Shown here piece by piece: positions 9,020-17,309 of a DNA stretch of 51,187 bases. The translations under genes were made by a program, and so were the position numbers. Origin of the DNA: a virus (lineage: Duplodnaviria; Caudoviricetes); the IMG/VR virus record IMGVR_UViG_3300027752_000028, positions 1 to 51,187 of that record; one strand, written 5' to 3'. Position 1 is the first letter of the stretch, and the number at the start of each line of letters is the position of its first letter. The notes under the pieces were generated by a model that was not told the DNA's origin, ran no database searches, and saw only the letters and a list, made by a program, of their open reading frames with translations.

Positions 9020-12000
9020 ATGACATCAAAAGAAATATACGAAAGCATAGACCAATCAAAACTTTCCTCAAAAGGAAGGGAGTTTTTGAAATCAGTAGAA
9101 AAAAACACTAAAGGCTTTACAAAGCAGAACGACAAAGTTGATTCTGTTTTAAAGAAATTATATGCAGATTTAAAAATTAAAAAGCCCGAAGCATTAAAAG
9201 ATGTTACTGTAAAAACTGTTGAAAAAGAGGTAAAAGTGCCTACAACAAAATCAGAGCGAAAAAAAGAACCAAAGAAAAAAACTAAAGTAGTTAAAGAAAA
9301 GGTCAAGAAAGCAACGGGAAAAAAGAAAAACACGAAGCCAACAAAAACACCTTCAACACCAAAAAAGGGAAAAGAGGAACATATATCTACTCGTGCAAGT
9401 AAGTTGGCTAAAAAAGATGGAATAACCTTTAAAGAAGCAAGAGCCAAATTGTCTAAAATTGCGAAAGAGCAACTTAAAAAAGATGAGAAAGAAACAGAGA
9501 AAGAGTTAGATAAACTTTTAAAGTTTGTTAGAAAAGGTGTTTTTGAAGATGGAGAAAAATATCCAAAAACTCACGGAAAACAAGACCCTAAAGGTTCAAG
9601 TGTTTCGGCAGATGCAAAGCGTAAAGCAAAACCCGTAGGTCGTAGGGTTTCAGAAAAATCGGGAGAAACCACAAATCAGTATGGTACTTTTAAAAACAAA
9701 ACGGGCAGAGTTTACTATGAATCAAGAGACAATAGGAGTGATAGAAACTCTGTAAAAGCACCTAAAGGACAATATAAGTATAAGGGTCAAGCACCTCCGT
9801 TTTTAGCAGATGGTGGGGCTATTGATTCTCTAAAAAAGGATATGAATAGTAAATTAGATATTCATTCTGAATACTACGCTAAAGGTGGTCGTTTAAAGGT
9901 TTATGATGAAAGCTATGACGTTCCAATCAAAACTTTTAATTCTTTTGAAAAAGCTAAAAATTGGGTTTTAGCAAATCATAAAAAATACGATGAAATTACC
10001 ATTGAGGATGCTTATTTAGATACCATTGTAGTTGATAAAACAGACACAAAAGATGATATTGAATTTTTGTTTTCTGATAATATGGCTAAAGGTGGTATGA
10101 TTGAAATTGACGAAGATGGTAGCAATATCCCTTCTAAATTACAAGAAGTATTTGACCAATTTAATGAAGATGAAGATTCTTATAAAGAAATGGAAAGGCT
10201 AAGATTAAAAGCCCAAGAAGTTGGTTACGATTTTGATTATGATTTGAGTGGAGAACCTACTGAATTTATGAAAATAAACAAAATGGCTAAAGGTGGAAAT
10301 GTTACTGCAAGAGAAAAACTTGAAAAAGAATTACATAAACTTCAACGTGACTTGAACAGTTCTCGTTTAAATACCTTTATTGAGGGCGATAATTCAGATG
10401 AAGAAAAACAACGCCAAAGAGAAAGAGCATCTAAACTAAGACGTTTTAATGAAGTTCTTGAAGTACTGAATGAAATAGATGCAAAAGGAAACAAAATGGC
10501 TAAAGGTGGTCGCACTATAAGTATTGTTAATGATGGAGTTAAATTTGACAAATCAAAGTACAAAGCAGTTTATGGAGATTTTGATAATGATGGAACTGTA
10601 AACATTGATGATGCAAACCCTTTAGATAAAACAAAATCGGGTCAAGTAGAGGGGGTAGAATTAAGAAAAACATTTGATAAGCTACTTGGTGTAAAAGCAG
10701 AACTTGACGAAATAATGTATGATGCGGTAGAAACTCTTGATGAAAAAGCACCAAAAGGAGCAGATATTTATGCAAGAACAAAAACACCATACTCTATATT
10801 AAAGAAGTTAGTGGAAAAAAGAATGTTAGACCCAAAAAGAGGTTTAACTGATATGATAGGAACTACTATTGCGGTTGATAATCAAAAAGAACTTGAAAAA
10901 GTTAGAGATGATATTGATGGTGGTTTATTAGGTAAAGTTTTGGATAGGGATGATTTCTACAAAACACCTAATGCGGGTTATATGGCATATCATTACATAG
11001 TTGAGTACAAGGGAGTACCCGTTGAAGTACAGTTAAAGACTAAAAATATGAAGAAGCTACACGAAGTTTCTCACGAAGCATATAAAAATGGCACACTAAA
11101 CGCTAAAAGCCTTGATTCACTTTCTAAAACTTTTATGAGAGCAGATAAAGGAGATGCTAAAGCTAAATCTGAAATTAGTAAGTTACTTTCAGATAAAAAG
11201 CTACTTGCATCTAAAATTAGCAAAGGCTCTATGGCTAAAGGTGGTGTGGTAAGTGATAAAAGACAAAGGGTTGCTGAATTATTAGTACAGATGGATTATG
11301 ATAATGGCTTTTATGATGAGGAATTAGATAGAGAGTATGGAACTACCACAGTTGATGAAGCAATCCAATGGGAATTAGAAAATAGAGTAAAAACAGACAA
11401 GGATGCAGACGAATATATAGAGCAGTATGACTTTGAGCAGTATGACTACGCTAAAGGTGGTAAAACTGATGGAGATACTTTAGGAGATTTTAAAAAAAGA
11501 TTGCTTGACTTAGGCGACAAGGAATTTGTTGAATATAAAGAGAAGCAGTTGAAAAAACAAGATTTATACTATGCTTTTAAAGATAGGTTGAAGGATGTTC
11601 ATAAGCAAACAATAGTTAGAAAAGATGATTTGCCTTTTGAAAAAGGTGGAGAAATTGATGCCTTTATTATGAAGTTTGTAAAAGATGCTCCCGCTTCAAA
11701 TTTAAGGGTGGATTCAGAACAATTAACCGCTAAACTAAAAAGAGGTGGTAAACTAGCTAATAAAATGGCTAAAGGTGGAGATGTTTATGATTTGAGACCT
11801 TCCAAAGAAATGATTGAAAAAGAAATTAAACAACTACAAATGCATAGACCTAATGCTCTAACTGATTTAGAAAGGTTTAGAATTGATAAGAAGATAAGAC
11901 AAAATAAAGAAATCTTAAAACATAGAAAATCAAAAATGGAAGCGGGTGGCACATTACCAACTCCATTTGGTCAAGCGGGTCTTGTAGGAGAAACGGGAAC

Positions 12001-13864
12001 TATGAATGAAATAGATTTATTTGCAATGGGTGGTGGATTACCACAAGGAGTACATCAATATTATGGTCAAACATACAATCCCGCATATCCAACTCCACAC
12101 GGGTACGCTAAAGGTGGGAGGTTAGATGTAAAAAGAATTAAAAGTAAAAAGTTTAAAACAAAAAAGGAAGCAGAAAAAAGAATGAATTATCTGAAAACCA
12201 ACCCCTTTTATGATAAAAATGGGAAAAAGATTATTTTAAGGGGCATACGAATTGAGAAAGAACAAGATGGATATATGGTAAATGCTTCATTTTTAAAGCG
12301 GGATTACAAATTCGCTAAAGGTGGTAGTGTAGGTGGGAGGTATCTTATTTCTCTTGATGGCAGAAATGATTTATGGAGAGGCAATGATTATGATGAAGCA
12401 TACGATGAGTTTATAAATCAAAGAAGCAAATATTTATATAAAATGGATGTTATTCTGATTGATACTTTAAATGATGAAACTTTAGACTATTATGATGCTC
12501 AAGAAGATAGAGAGCAAGATGATGATTTCGCTAAAGGTGGCACATTACCAACTCCATTTGGTCAAGCGGGTCTTGTAGGAGAAACGGGGGCTATGAATGA
12601 AATGGATTTATTTGCAATGGGAGGTGGATTACCACAAGGAGTACACCAATACTATGCTCAAACCTATAATCCCGCATACCCAACACCACACGGGTACGAA
12701 AAAGGTGGGAAACTTTATTATCAACAAGATGGTATAGGACAATCAAAATATACTGTTTCATTTTACGATGGTAAAAAAACACATAAAGACGGAAGCCCTT
12801 TTTATGATATAGCAATTTTTAAAAATAAAAAAGACCTTAAATCATATATAGAAAAATTAGAATCAGAAGGTTATAAAAAGAAGTTTGCTAAAGGTGGTAT
12901 GACCGATGTTGAAAGACAGTCTATGATTGATATGGGTTATACCCAAGAACAAATCAAAGAATCAGAAGATAATCCAAGGAGAGGTGGTCGTTTCGCTAAA
13001 GGTGGAGAAATTGTAGTAAAGGGCATAGATAAAAATGGTGGAGAATTTTATAGAGAATTTGATTCTTATGAAAATGCTTTAGAAGAAATATCCCAACCAC
13101 ACTTTAATCATCTTGATAGAGATTCAATAAGATATTATGATGAAAATGATGATATGATATTCGCTAAAGGTGGAAAAATCGGTTTTGATGGATTAGCTAA
13201 AAAGGTTGCTAAAAAATATGAAGGAAAGCCCGTAAAAGAAAAATTCCAAAGCGAATACGGAAAAACTTATTCCAAAGCAGAAGCAATGGAAGTAGGTAAA
13301 AAAGTTGCGGGTAAGGTATATCGCCAACAACAATCAATGGCTAAAGGTGGAGAGATAAAGATGAGTGAAGTATATAATGTGAACGGAAAAGACTATCTTT
13401 TTTCAACCCCAATACAAAACGCTAAAGGAACTTACACGGGTTGGGATGCTTACGAGGTTGTATATGATACTTTTGATGGAGAGAAGCACTTAAACTACAC
13501 CAAAACTAAAAAGGGTAAGAGTAAGTATTTTCCAAATGGAGTTAAACGAACAGAAGCAGAAGATTATTTTGCTAAAGGTGGTAAAACACAAGGGTACAAC
13601 GATAAACTTGATGAGAGTTTAGGTAACACCAAAGGGAAGCGTTCTACTAAAGAGCAAAACTACAAAGACCGCAGAAATGAATCCGAAGCAATGAAGAAAA
13701 AGGGTGGTAAAAGAAAGTACTCTAGCGTAAAAACTATGGACAAGGGTAGTCGCAGTAAGCGTAAAACACCATTAACTTTGGCTAAAGAGATTAGAAAAGA
13801 AGGGGAGAAATGGCAAGATGCAGTTAAAAGAGCATCAGCTATTCTTAAAAAGGAAGCCAAATAA
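9020..13864 (+). CDS. 1614-aa modular polyprotein of about 22 [MFYL]xxGG-delimited cassettes, including a RelA/SpoT-type synthetase domain
   Basis: 15 AKGG plus LADGG, FEKGG, LKRGG, MEAGG, 2x FAMGG and YEKGG. RelA/SpoT motifs RTKTPYSILKK, DMIG, GYMAYH, EVQLKT, SHEAYK at about 10772-11086. Lys-rich N- and C-termini. Confidence 0.85.
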   Translation: MTSKEIYESIDQSKLSSKGREFLKSVEKNTKGFTKQNDKVDSVLKKLYADLKIKKPEALKDVTVKTVEKEVKVPTTKSERKKEPKKKTKVVKEKVKKATGKKKNTKPTKTPSTPKKGKEEHISTRASKLAKKDGITFKEARAKLSKIAKEQLKKDEKETEKELDKLLKFVRKGVFEDGEKYPKTHGKQDPKGSSVSADAKRKAKPVGRRVSEKSGETTNQYGTFKNKTGRVYYESRDNRSDRNSVKAPKGQYKYKGQAPPFLADGGAIDSLKKDMNSKLDIHSEYYAKGGRLKVYDESYDVPIKTFNSFEKAKNWVLANHKKYDEITIEDAYLDTIVVDKTDTKDDIEFLFSDNMAKGGMIEIDEDGSNIPSKLQEVFDQFNEDEDSYKEMERLRLKAQEVGYDFDYDLSGEPTEFMKINKMAKGGNVTAREKLEKELHKLQRDLNSSRLNTFIEGDNSDEEKQRQRERASKLRRFNEVLEVLNEIDAKGNKMAKGGRTISIVNDGVKFDKSKYKAVYGDFDNDGTVNIDDANPLDKTKSGQVEGVELRKTFDKLLGVKAELDEIMYDAVETLDEKAPKGADIYARTKTPYSILKKLVEKRMLDPKRGLTDMIGTTIAVDNQKELEKVRDDIDGGLLGKVLDRDDFYKTPNAGYMAYHYIVEYKGVPVEVQLKTKNMKKLHEVSHEAYKNGTLNAKSLDSLSKTFMRADKGDAKAKSEISKLLSDKKLLASKISKGSMAKGGVVSDKRQRVAELLVQMDYDNGFYDEELDREYGTTTVDEAIQWELENRVKTDKDADEYIEQYDFEQYDYAKGGKTDGDTLGDFKKRLLDLGDKEFVEYKEKQLKKQDLYYAFKDRLKDVHKQTIVRKDDLPFEKGGEIDAFIMKFVKDAPASNLRVDSEQLTAKLKRGGKLANKMAKGGDVYDLRPSKEMIEKEIKQLQMHRPNALTDLERFRIDKKIRQNKEILKHRKSKMEAGGTLPTPFGQAGLVGETGTMNEIDLFAMGGGLPQGVHQYYGQTYNPAYPTPHGYAKGGRLDVKRIKSKKFKTKKEAEKRMNYLKTNPFYDKNGKKIILRGIRIEKEQDGYMVNASFLKRDYKFAKGGSVGGRYLISLDGRNDLWRGNDYDEAYDEFINQRSKYLYKMDVILIDTLNDETLDYYDAQEDREQDDDFAKGGTLPTPFGQAGLVGETGAMNEMDLFAMGGGLPQGVHQYYAQTYNPAYPTPHGYEKGGKLYYQQDGIGQSKYTVSFYDGKKTHKDGSPFYDIAIFKNKKDLKSYIEKLESEGYKKKFAKGGMTDVERQSMIDMGYTQEQIKESEDNPRRGGRFAKGGEIVVKGIDKNGGEFYREFDSYENALEEISQPHFNHLDRDSIRYYDENDDMIFAKGGKIGFDGLAKKVAKKYEGKPVKEKFQSEYGKTYSKAEAMEVGKKVAGKVYRQQQSMAKGGEIKMSEVYNVNGKDYLFSTPIQNAKGTYTGWDAYEVVYDTFDGEKHLNYTKTKKGKSKYFPNGVKRTEAEDYFAKGGKTQGYNDKLDESLGNTKGKRSTKEQNYKDRRNESEAMKKKGGKRKYSSVKTMDKGSRSKRKTPLTLAKEIRKEGEKWQDAVKRASAILKKEAK
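9878..13581 (+). repeat. Dispersed in-frame 11-bp direct repeat GCTAAAGGTGG, 15 copies
   Basis: Copies start at 9878, 10085, 10286, 10499, 11234, 11450, 11768, 12107, 12314, 12530, 12887, 12995, 13163, 13340 and 13571; a 16th copy lies at 30-40. Confidence 0.95.
11945..12710 (+). repeat. About 175-bp direct repeat (11945-12119 and 12536-12710) encoding a duplicated cassette pair
   Basis: GGTLPTPFGQAGLVGETG.MNE.DLFAMGGGLPQGVHQYY.QTYNPAYPTPHGY.KGG occurs twice, offset 591 nt. Confidence 0.95.
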
Positions 13865-13899
13865 ACTAGGCATATAATTATTTTATAAAATAAAATCAG

Positions 13900-13907
13900 T
13901 AAGTTTG
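13900..13907 (+). promoter_or_regulatory. Candidate Bacteroidota -7 promoter box (TAAGTTTG)
   Basis: Matches TAnnTTTG in the intergenic gap, 22 nt before the 13930 ATG. Confidence 0.5.
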
Positions 13908-13929
13908 TTATAAACTTAATTTCAAGACA

Positions 13930-14316
13930 ATGAATATACAAGACACAATTTCAGAACTTGGTTTAGATATTGATAATCTACCAAGAATTTTAAAACAAAG
14001 AGTAGCAACAGTTGAAGATTTGCAAACTAAAATTGGATTAGCCGAACAAGAAGTAGCGGATGACCCAACGGAGGAAAGCGAACAAAGACTAAAGCAAGTT
14101 ACGGATTATACTTTAGAGTATTTTAATGATGCCAAAAGCCAACTTGAAAGTTATAAAGCTAAATTAGAAAAAAAGGAAGAAAAAAAGGAAGTATTGGATG
14201 CAAAACCCACTGATGGCGATGATGAGAAAAAGTCAAGCGGTATGGGTGCTTTATTAATCGGAGGTGTGCTATTAGTAGCAACTTTAGGTGCGGTAAACAT
14301 TATGCGTAAAAATTAA
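13930..14316 (+). CDS. Coiled-coil protein with C-terminal TM anchor (putative virion membrane protein)
   Basis: C-terminal GMGALLIGGVLLVATLGAVNIMRKN. Confidence 0.8.
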   Translation: MNIQDTISELGLDIDNLPRILKQRVATVEDLQTKIGLAEQEVADDPTEESEQRLKQVTDYTLEYFNDAKSQLESYKAKLEKKEEKKEVLDAKPTDGDDEKKSSGMGALLIGGVLLVATLGAVNIMRKN

Positions 14317-14319
14317 ATT

Positions 14320-14604
14320 ATGGTTAAAAAGTTATTGATAGGCGGTGTTGTTCTTGGTGCGGGAGTTTTATTATATATGAAATTCTTCAAGAGAAATGAG
14401 CCAACTGTTGTAAAATGGGAGGATTTAGACGAGGAAACAGTCAGAGAAAAAGCCAAGCAAATTAGAATTGGAGTAAATCAAGCTATCAATGACAACATTA
14501 ACAAAACAACACCAAGTGGCGATATGTTAGGTTTGTTTCCAAATGGAATTAATATTAATTGGGATAAAGCCGATTTTGGAACTGCTTTTCCTAATTATGG
14601 ATAA
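14320..14604 (+). CDS. Small protein with N-terminal TM anchor
   Basis: MVKKLLIGGVVLGAGVLLYMKFFKR. Confidence 0.8.
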   Translation: MVKKLLIGGVVLGAGVLLYMKFFKRNEPTVVKWEDLDEETVREKAKQIRIGVNQAINDNINKTTPSGDMLGLFPNGININWDKADFGTAFPNYG

Positions 14605-14613
14605 AACAAGACT

Positions 14614-14916
14614 ATGTTAAAGAAAATATTTATAGCGGGGTTATTCTTGGGTGGTGGTGTGTTTTTTATAAAAAAAATACTGCCTATGCTTAGTGGAGAT
14701 GTAGATTCATTTGAAGCACCCGAAGAAGATGCGTTTGAAATAACCAAATGGAGAGGTGGTACTAAAAACACTAACTACGTTCCACTAGAGGGTGGAGGTG
14801 TTTGGGAAAGACCCGACTTTGACCCAAGAGATTCAATGGAAGGTATGGCTAATTTTAGCGGTAGTGCTTTAAAGTCTAATTCTAAAAAAGAATTTATTTA
14901 CTTAAACCAAATATAA
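14614..14916 (+). CDS. Small protein with N-terminal TM anchor
   Basis: MLKKIFIAGLFLGGGVFFIKK. Confidence 0.8.
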   Translation: MLKKIFIAGLFLGGGVFFIKKILPMLSGDVDSFEAPEEDAFEITKWRGGTKNTNYVPLEGGGVWERPDFDPRDSMEGMANFSGSALKSNSKKEFIYLNQI

Positions 14917-14925
14917 AAATCATAA

Positions 14926-15219
14926 TTGGGGTATAATATAAAAGCATATACAAAGAATCAAGCCAAGAAAATTGGTGTTACTGTTAAGCCAAGTGGTTTA
15001 AAAGGTAAGAAGATAGATGTTTTTAAAAAAGGTGTAAAGGTTGCAAGTGTAGGGGCTATTGGTTATAAAGACTACCCTACATATATGGAACTAGAGAAAA
15101 AAGGTAAAGTTGAAAAAGGAACTGCTAAAAAAAGAAGAAAACTTTATAAAATAAGACACAAAAACGATAGGAGTGTAAAAAATAGCAACGGATTTTACGC
15201 AGATAAATTATTATGGTAA
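14926..15219 (+). CDS. Small basic DUF5754-like protein
   Basis: KKIDVF...VGAIGYKDY...RRKLYKIRH...YADKLLW pattern; TTG start. Confidence 0.65.
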   Translation: MGYNIKAYTKNQAKKIGVTVKPSGLKGKKIDVFKKGVKVASVGAIGYKDYPTYMELEKKGKVEKGTAKKRRKLYKIRHKNDRSVKNSNGFYADKLLW

Positions 15220-15587
15220 GACTAACACAACAAGTGCCTACAATATTAAGTGATTGGGCAACATCAATAAGGGCAAACAATTCTAATGAGATGGTTAATT
15301 TCTATTCTCAAAACGCAGTATTGGTTGGAACTTATAGCCAACCCCTTGAAGTCGGTATAAAGCAAATAAGAGCATATTTTGAAATGTTTTTAGACAGAAA
15401 AAGTATTAGTTGTAAAATATTAGATAATATAAATCAAGAATTTGAAGATTTAATTATATCTAGCGGTGTATATGAATTTAAAGTAGATGGTCAGAAAGTT
15501 GTAGCTAGATACTCTTATGTTTTTAAAATGATTAATAATAGATTGAGGATAGTAAATCATCACTCATCAGAACTTGTTAATAAATGA
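15213..15587 (+). CDS. NTF2/SnoaL-like fold protein (CaMKII association-domain/DUF4440-like)
   Basis: FYSQNAVLVGT, IRAYF, SGVYEF, ARYSYVF, IVNHHSS motifs. Confidence 0.75.
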   Translation: MVRLTQQVPTILSDWATSIRANNSNEMVNFYSQNAVLVGTYSQPLEVGIKQIRAYFEMFLDRKSISCKILDNINQEFEDLIISSGVYEFKVDGQKVVARYSYVFKMINNRLRIVNHHSSELVNK

Positions 15588-15790
15588 AACATAGAAATAT
15601 CGTAGCACTCGTTACTTTTGCAATATTTTCAACAGAAGCATACGCACATTATGTAGTTGCTAAAAATGAAGGTTCAGATACGTTTAAGTTTTATCGACCA
15701 ACATTAGAAACCACTATTAAAAACTTAGCGGTTGTAGGTGCGTTTTCAATTTTAAATGGTTTAATAATAGATAAAATTACAAACAGATAA
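15584..15790 (+). CDS. Small hydrophobic protein
   Basis: 68 aa, two hydrophobic segments, overlaps both neighbours. Confidence 0.7.
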   Translation: MKHRNIVALVTFAIFSTEAYAHYVVAKNEGSDTFKFYRPTLETTIKNLAVVGAFSILNGLIIDKITNR

Positions 15791-15924
15791 TGGTAGAAGA
15801 AGAAAAAGAAAAAGTCAATGGAGTACATCCAAACTTATATAAAACATTTTTAGTATTAGCTATGATTTCATTTAGCTTAGGGGCTTTAGTTAATTACTAC
15901 ACTTTAAAAAAAATTAGAAGGTAA
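15790..15924 (+). CDS. 44-aa membrane protein (not in ORF track)
   Basis: MVEEEKEKVNGVHPNLYKTFLVLAMISFSLGALVNYYTLKKIRR; TAATG coupling at both ends. Confidence 0.75.
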   Translation: MVEEEKEKVNGVHPNLYKTFLVLAMISFSLGALVNYYTLKKIRR

Positions 15925-16334
15925 TGAAAGTAAGTGGCTATATTTCTGATGATTATGGAAAAAGCAATGGTGCTACTGTTCAGCTTATGCGTAATGGCGA
16001 GGGAACTAATCTAGGAGTAGCATCTAATCAAGATGGTTATTTTGAAATTGACAATGAAGATATTAAAGAAGATGATATTTTTGAGGTTAGATTTTTGGGT
16101 TTAAAAACACAATCATTTAAAGCATCAGAGTTACAAGATATTCAGATATTTTTAGTCGAAGATGTTGAATCTTTAGACGAGGTTCTTCTAACCGTAAATG
16201 TTGGAAAGAAACCAAAACCTAGCCCACCTAAACTTAAAGATGAAAAATGGTACACAACTCCCGTCTTTTTATTGTCAGCAATGGCTTTAGTGACAACGGG
16301 TGTAATAATATATATAATTAAAAAAACAAGATAA
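15924..16334 (+). CDS. CarboxypepD_reg-like domain protein with C-terminal TM
   Basis: VSGYI..GATV..GVASNQDGYFEI..RFLG..LDEV pattern typical of Bacteroidota SusC N-terminal domains; Pro/Lys linker, then TM. Confidence 0.7.
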   Translation: MKVSGYISDDYGKSNGATVQLMRNGEGTNLGVASNQDGYFEIDNEDIKEDDIFEVRFLGLKTQSFKASELQDIQIFLVEDVESLDEVLLTVNVGKKPKPSPPKLKDEKWYTTPVFLLSAMALVTTGVIIYIIKKTR

Positions 16335-16660
16335 TGGAGGACATTAAATCAGCCACAGAATCAGTTTCAGCAGAAACAACACCAACACCAACCCCAACAC
16401 CAAGTGCAGAACCAACAACAGAAATGGCAGTAGGTGGGGCAACAGATAGCACATCAAAATTGGGTTGGGTTGCTATTATGATGCTAGGTCTTACAAGTGC
16501 TTCATTAATTTACTCTATTTTTTATTATAGACGAAGATTAGATGCCTTGAAAAAAGGAGATAACAAAATGATTGGGCAACTGCAATCTGATATGCAAGAA
16601 ATGAAAAACAAGATAGATACATTAACGGGTAATAGAACAAGAAATGGCAGATTGGTATAA
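16334..16660 (+). CDS. Membrane protein: Pro/Thr-rich N-terminus, TM, coiled coil
   Basis: TPTPTPTP; LGWVAIMMLGLTSASLIYSIFYYRRR. Confidence 0.8.
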   Translation: MEDIKSATESVSAETTPTPTPTPSAEPTTEMAVGGATDSTSKLGWVAIMMLGLTSASLIYSIFYYRRRLDALKKGDNKMIGQLQSDMQEMKNKIDTLTGNRTRNGRLV

Positions 16661-17309
16661 TAATATTACATACGGAAATATCTCTCAAAAAAATCTAAAA
16701 ATACTTAAAAAAAAATGTTTAGCTGATGCAGTTTTGCCAATTTTAGACAAAAAATATGGCTCTGAATTAAACTTTCCAAAAAATAATTCCGAAACAACAA
16801 AAAAAGAACTTAATGAATTGGTTGAGTTTCTTAGTGCTATAAGTGAGGAATCAAATGCAGAATACTTGGCTAGATACTTAAAATATGATAAAGCATTGTT
16901 GCAAACAATAATATCTATGTTTCAGTCTAAGGGTGTTGATGTTTCGGAAATAGTTAAATCCCTTGATAAAGACATAACACCAACAATATTTAAGTTAAAA
17001 CAAAAATATCAAAGACCAAGACCAAATCAATTAGCACAATATTATAAGCTAAAATTATTCCCATTTGACACTAAAAGCGGTCATACACCATCTTATCCAA
17101 GTGGTCATACACTACAAGCCTACGTTATTTTAAATATTATAGGAAGCAAACATCCCGAATCTTACGATTTTTGTAAACAACTAATAGATGATGTGGCTAA
17201 TAGTAGGGTGTATTTGGGGCTTCATTATGAAAGCGATAATGATGCTTCATACCTAATTGGTCAAGAAATATTAAAATTAAAATCAATAACCAAAAAATAT
17301 AAAATATGA
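16644..17309 (+). CDS. PAP2-superfamily phosphatase (haloperoxidase-like)
   Basis: KQKYQRPRP, PSYPSGH and SRVYLGLHYESD are the three PAP2 motifs. Confidence 0.9.
   Translation: MADWYNNITYGNISQKNLKILKKKCLADAVLPILDKKYGSELNFPKNNSETTKKELNELVEFLSAISEESNAEYLARYLKYDKALLQTIISMFQSKGVDVSEIVKSLDKDITPTIFKLKQKYQRPRPNQLAQYYKLKLFPFDTKSGHTPSYPSGHTLQAYVILNIIGSKHPESYDFCKQLIDDVANSRVYLGLHYESDNDASYLIGQEILKLKSITKKYKI

Noticed and set aside
9878-9888. Resemblance of GCTAAAGGTGG to E. coli Chi (GCTGGTGG)
   Set aside because: It needs a 3-nt insertion, and Chi sequences are taxon-specific; there is no basis for it in a Bacteroidota host.
9878-13581. CRISPR array interpretation of the GCTAAAGGTGG repeats
   Set aside because: The repeat is only 11 bp, the spacers are 100-730 bp and always in frame in one ORF, and no cas operon is present. 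The PD-(D/E)XK nuclease sits with recT.
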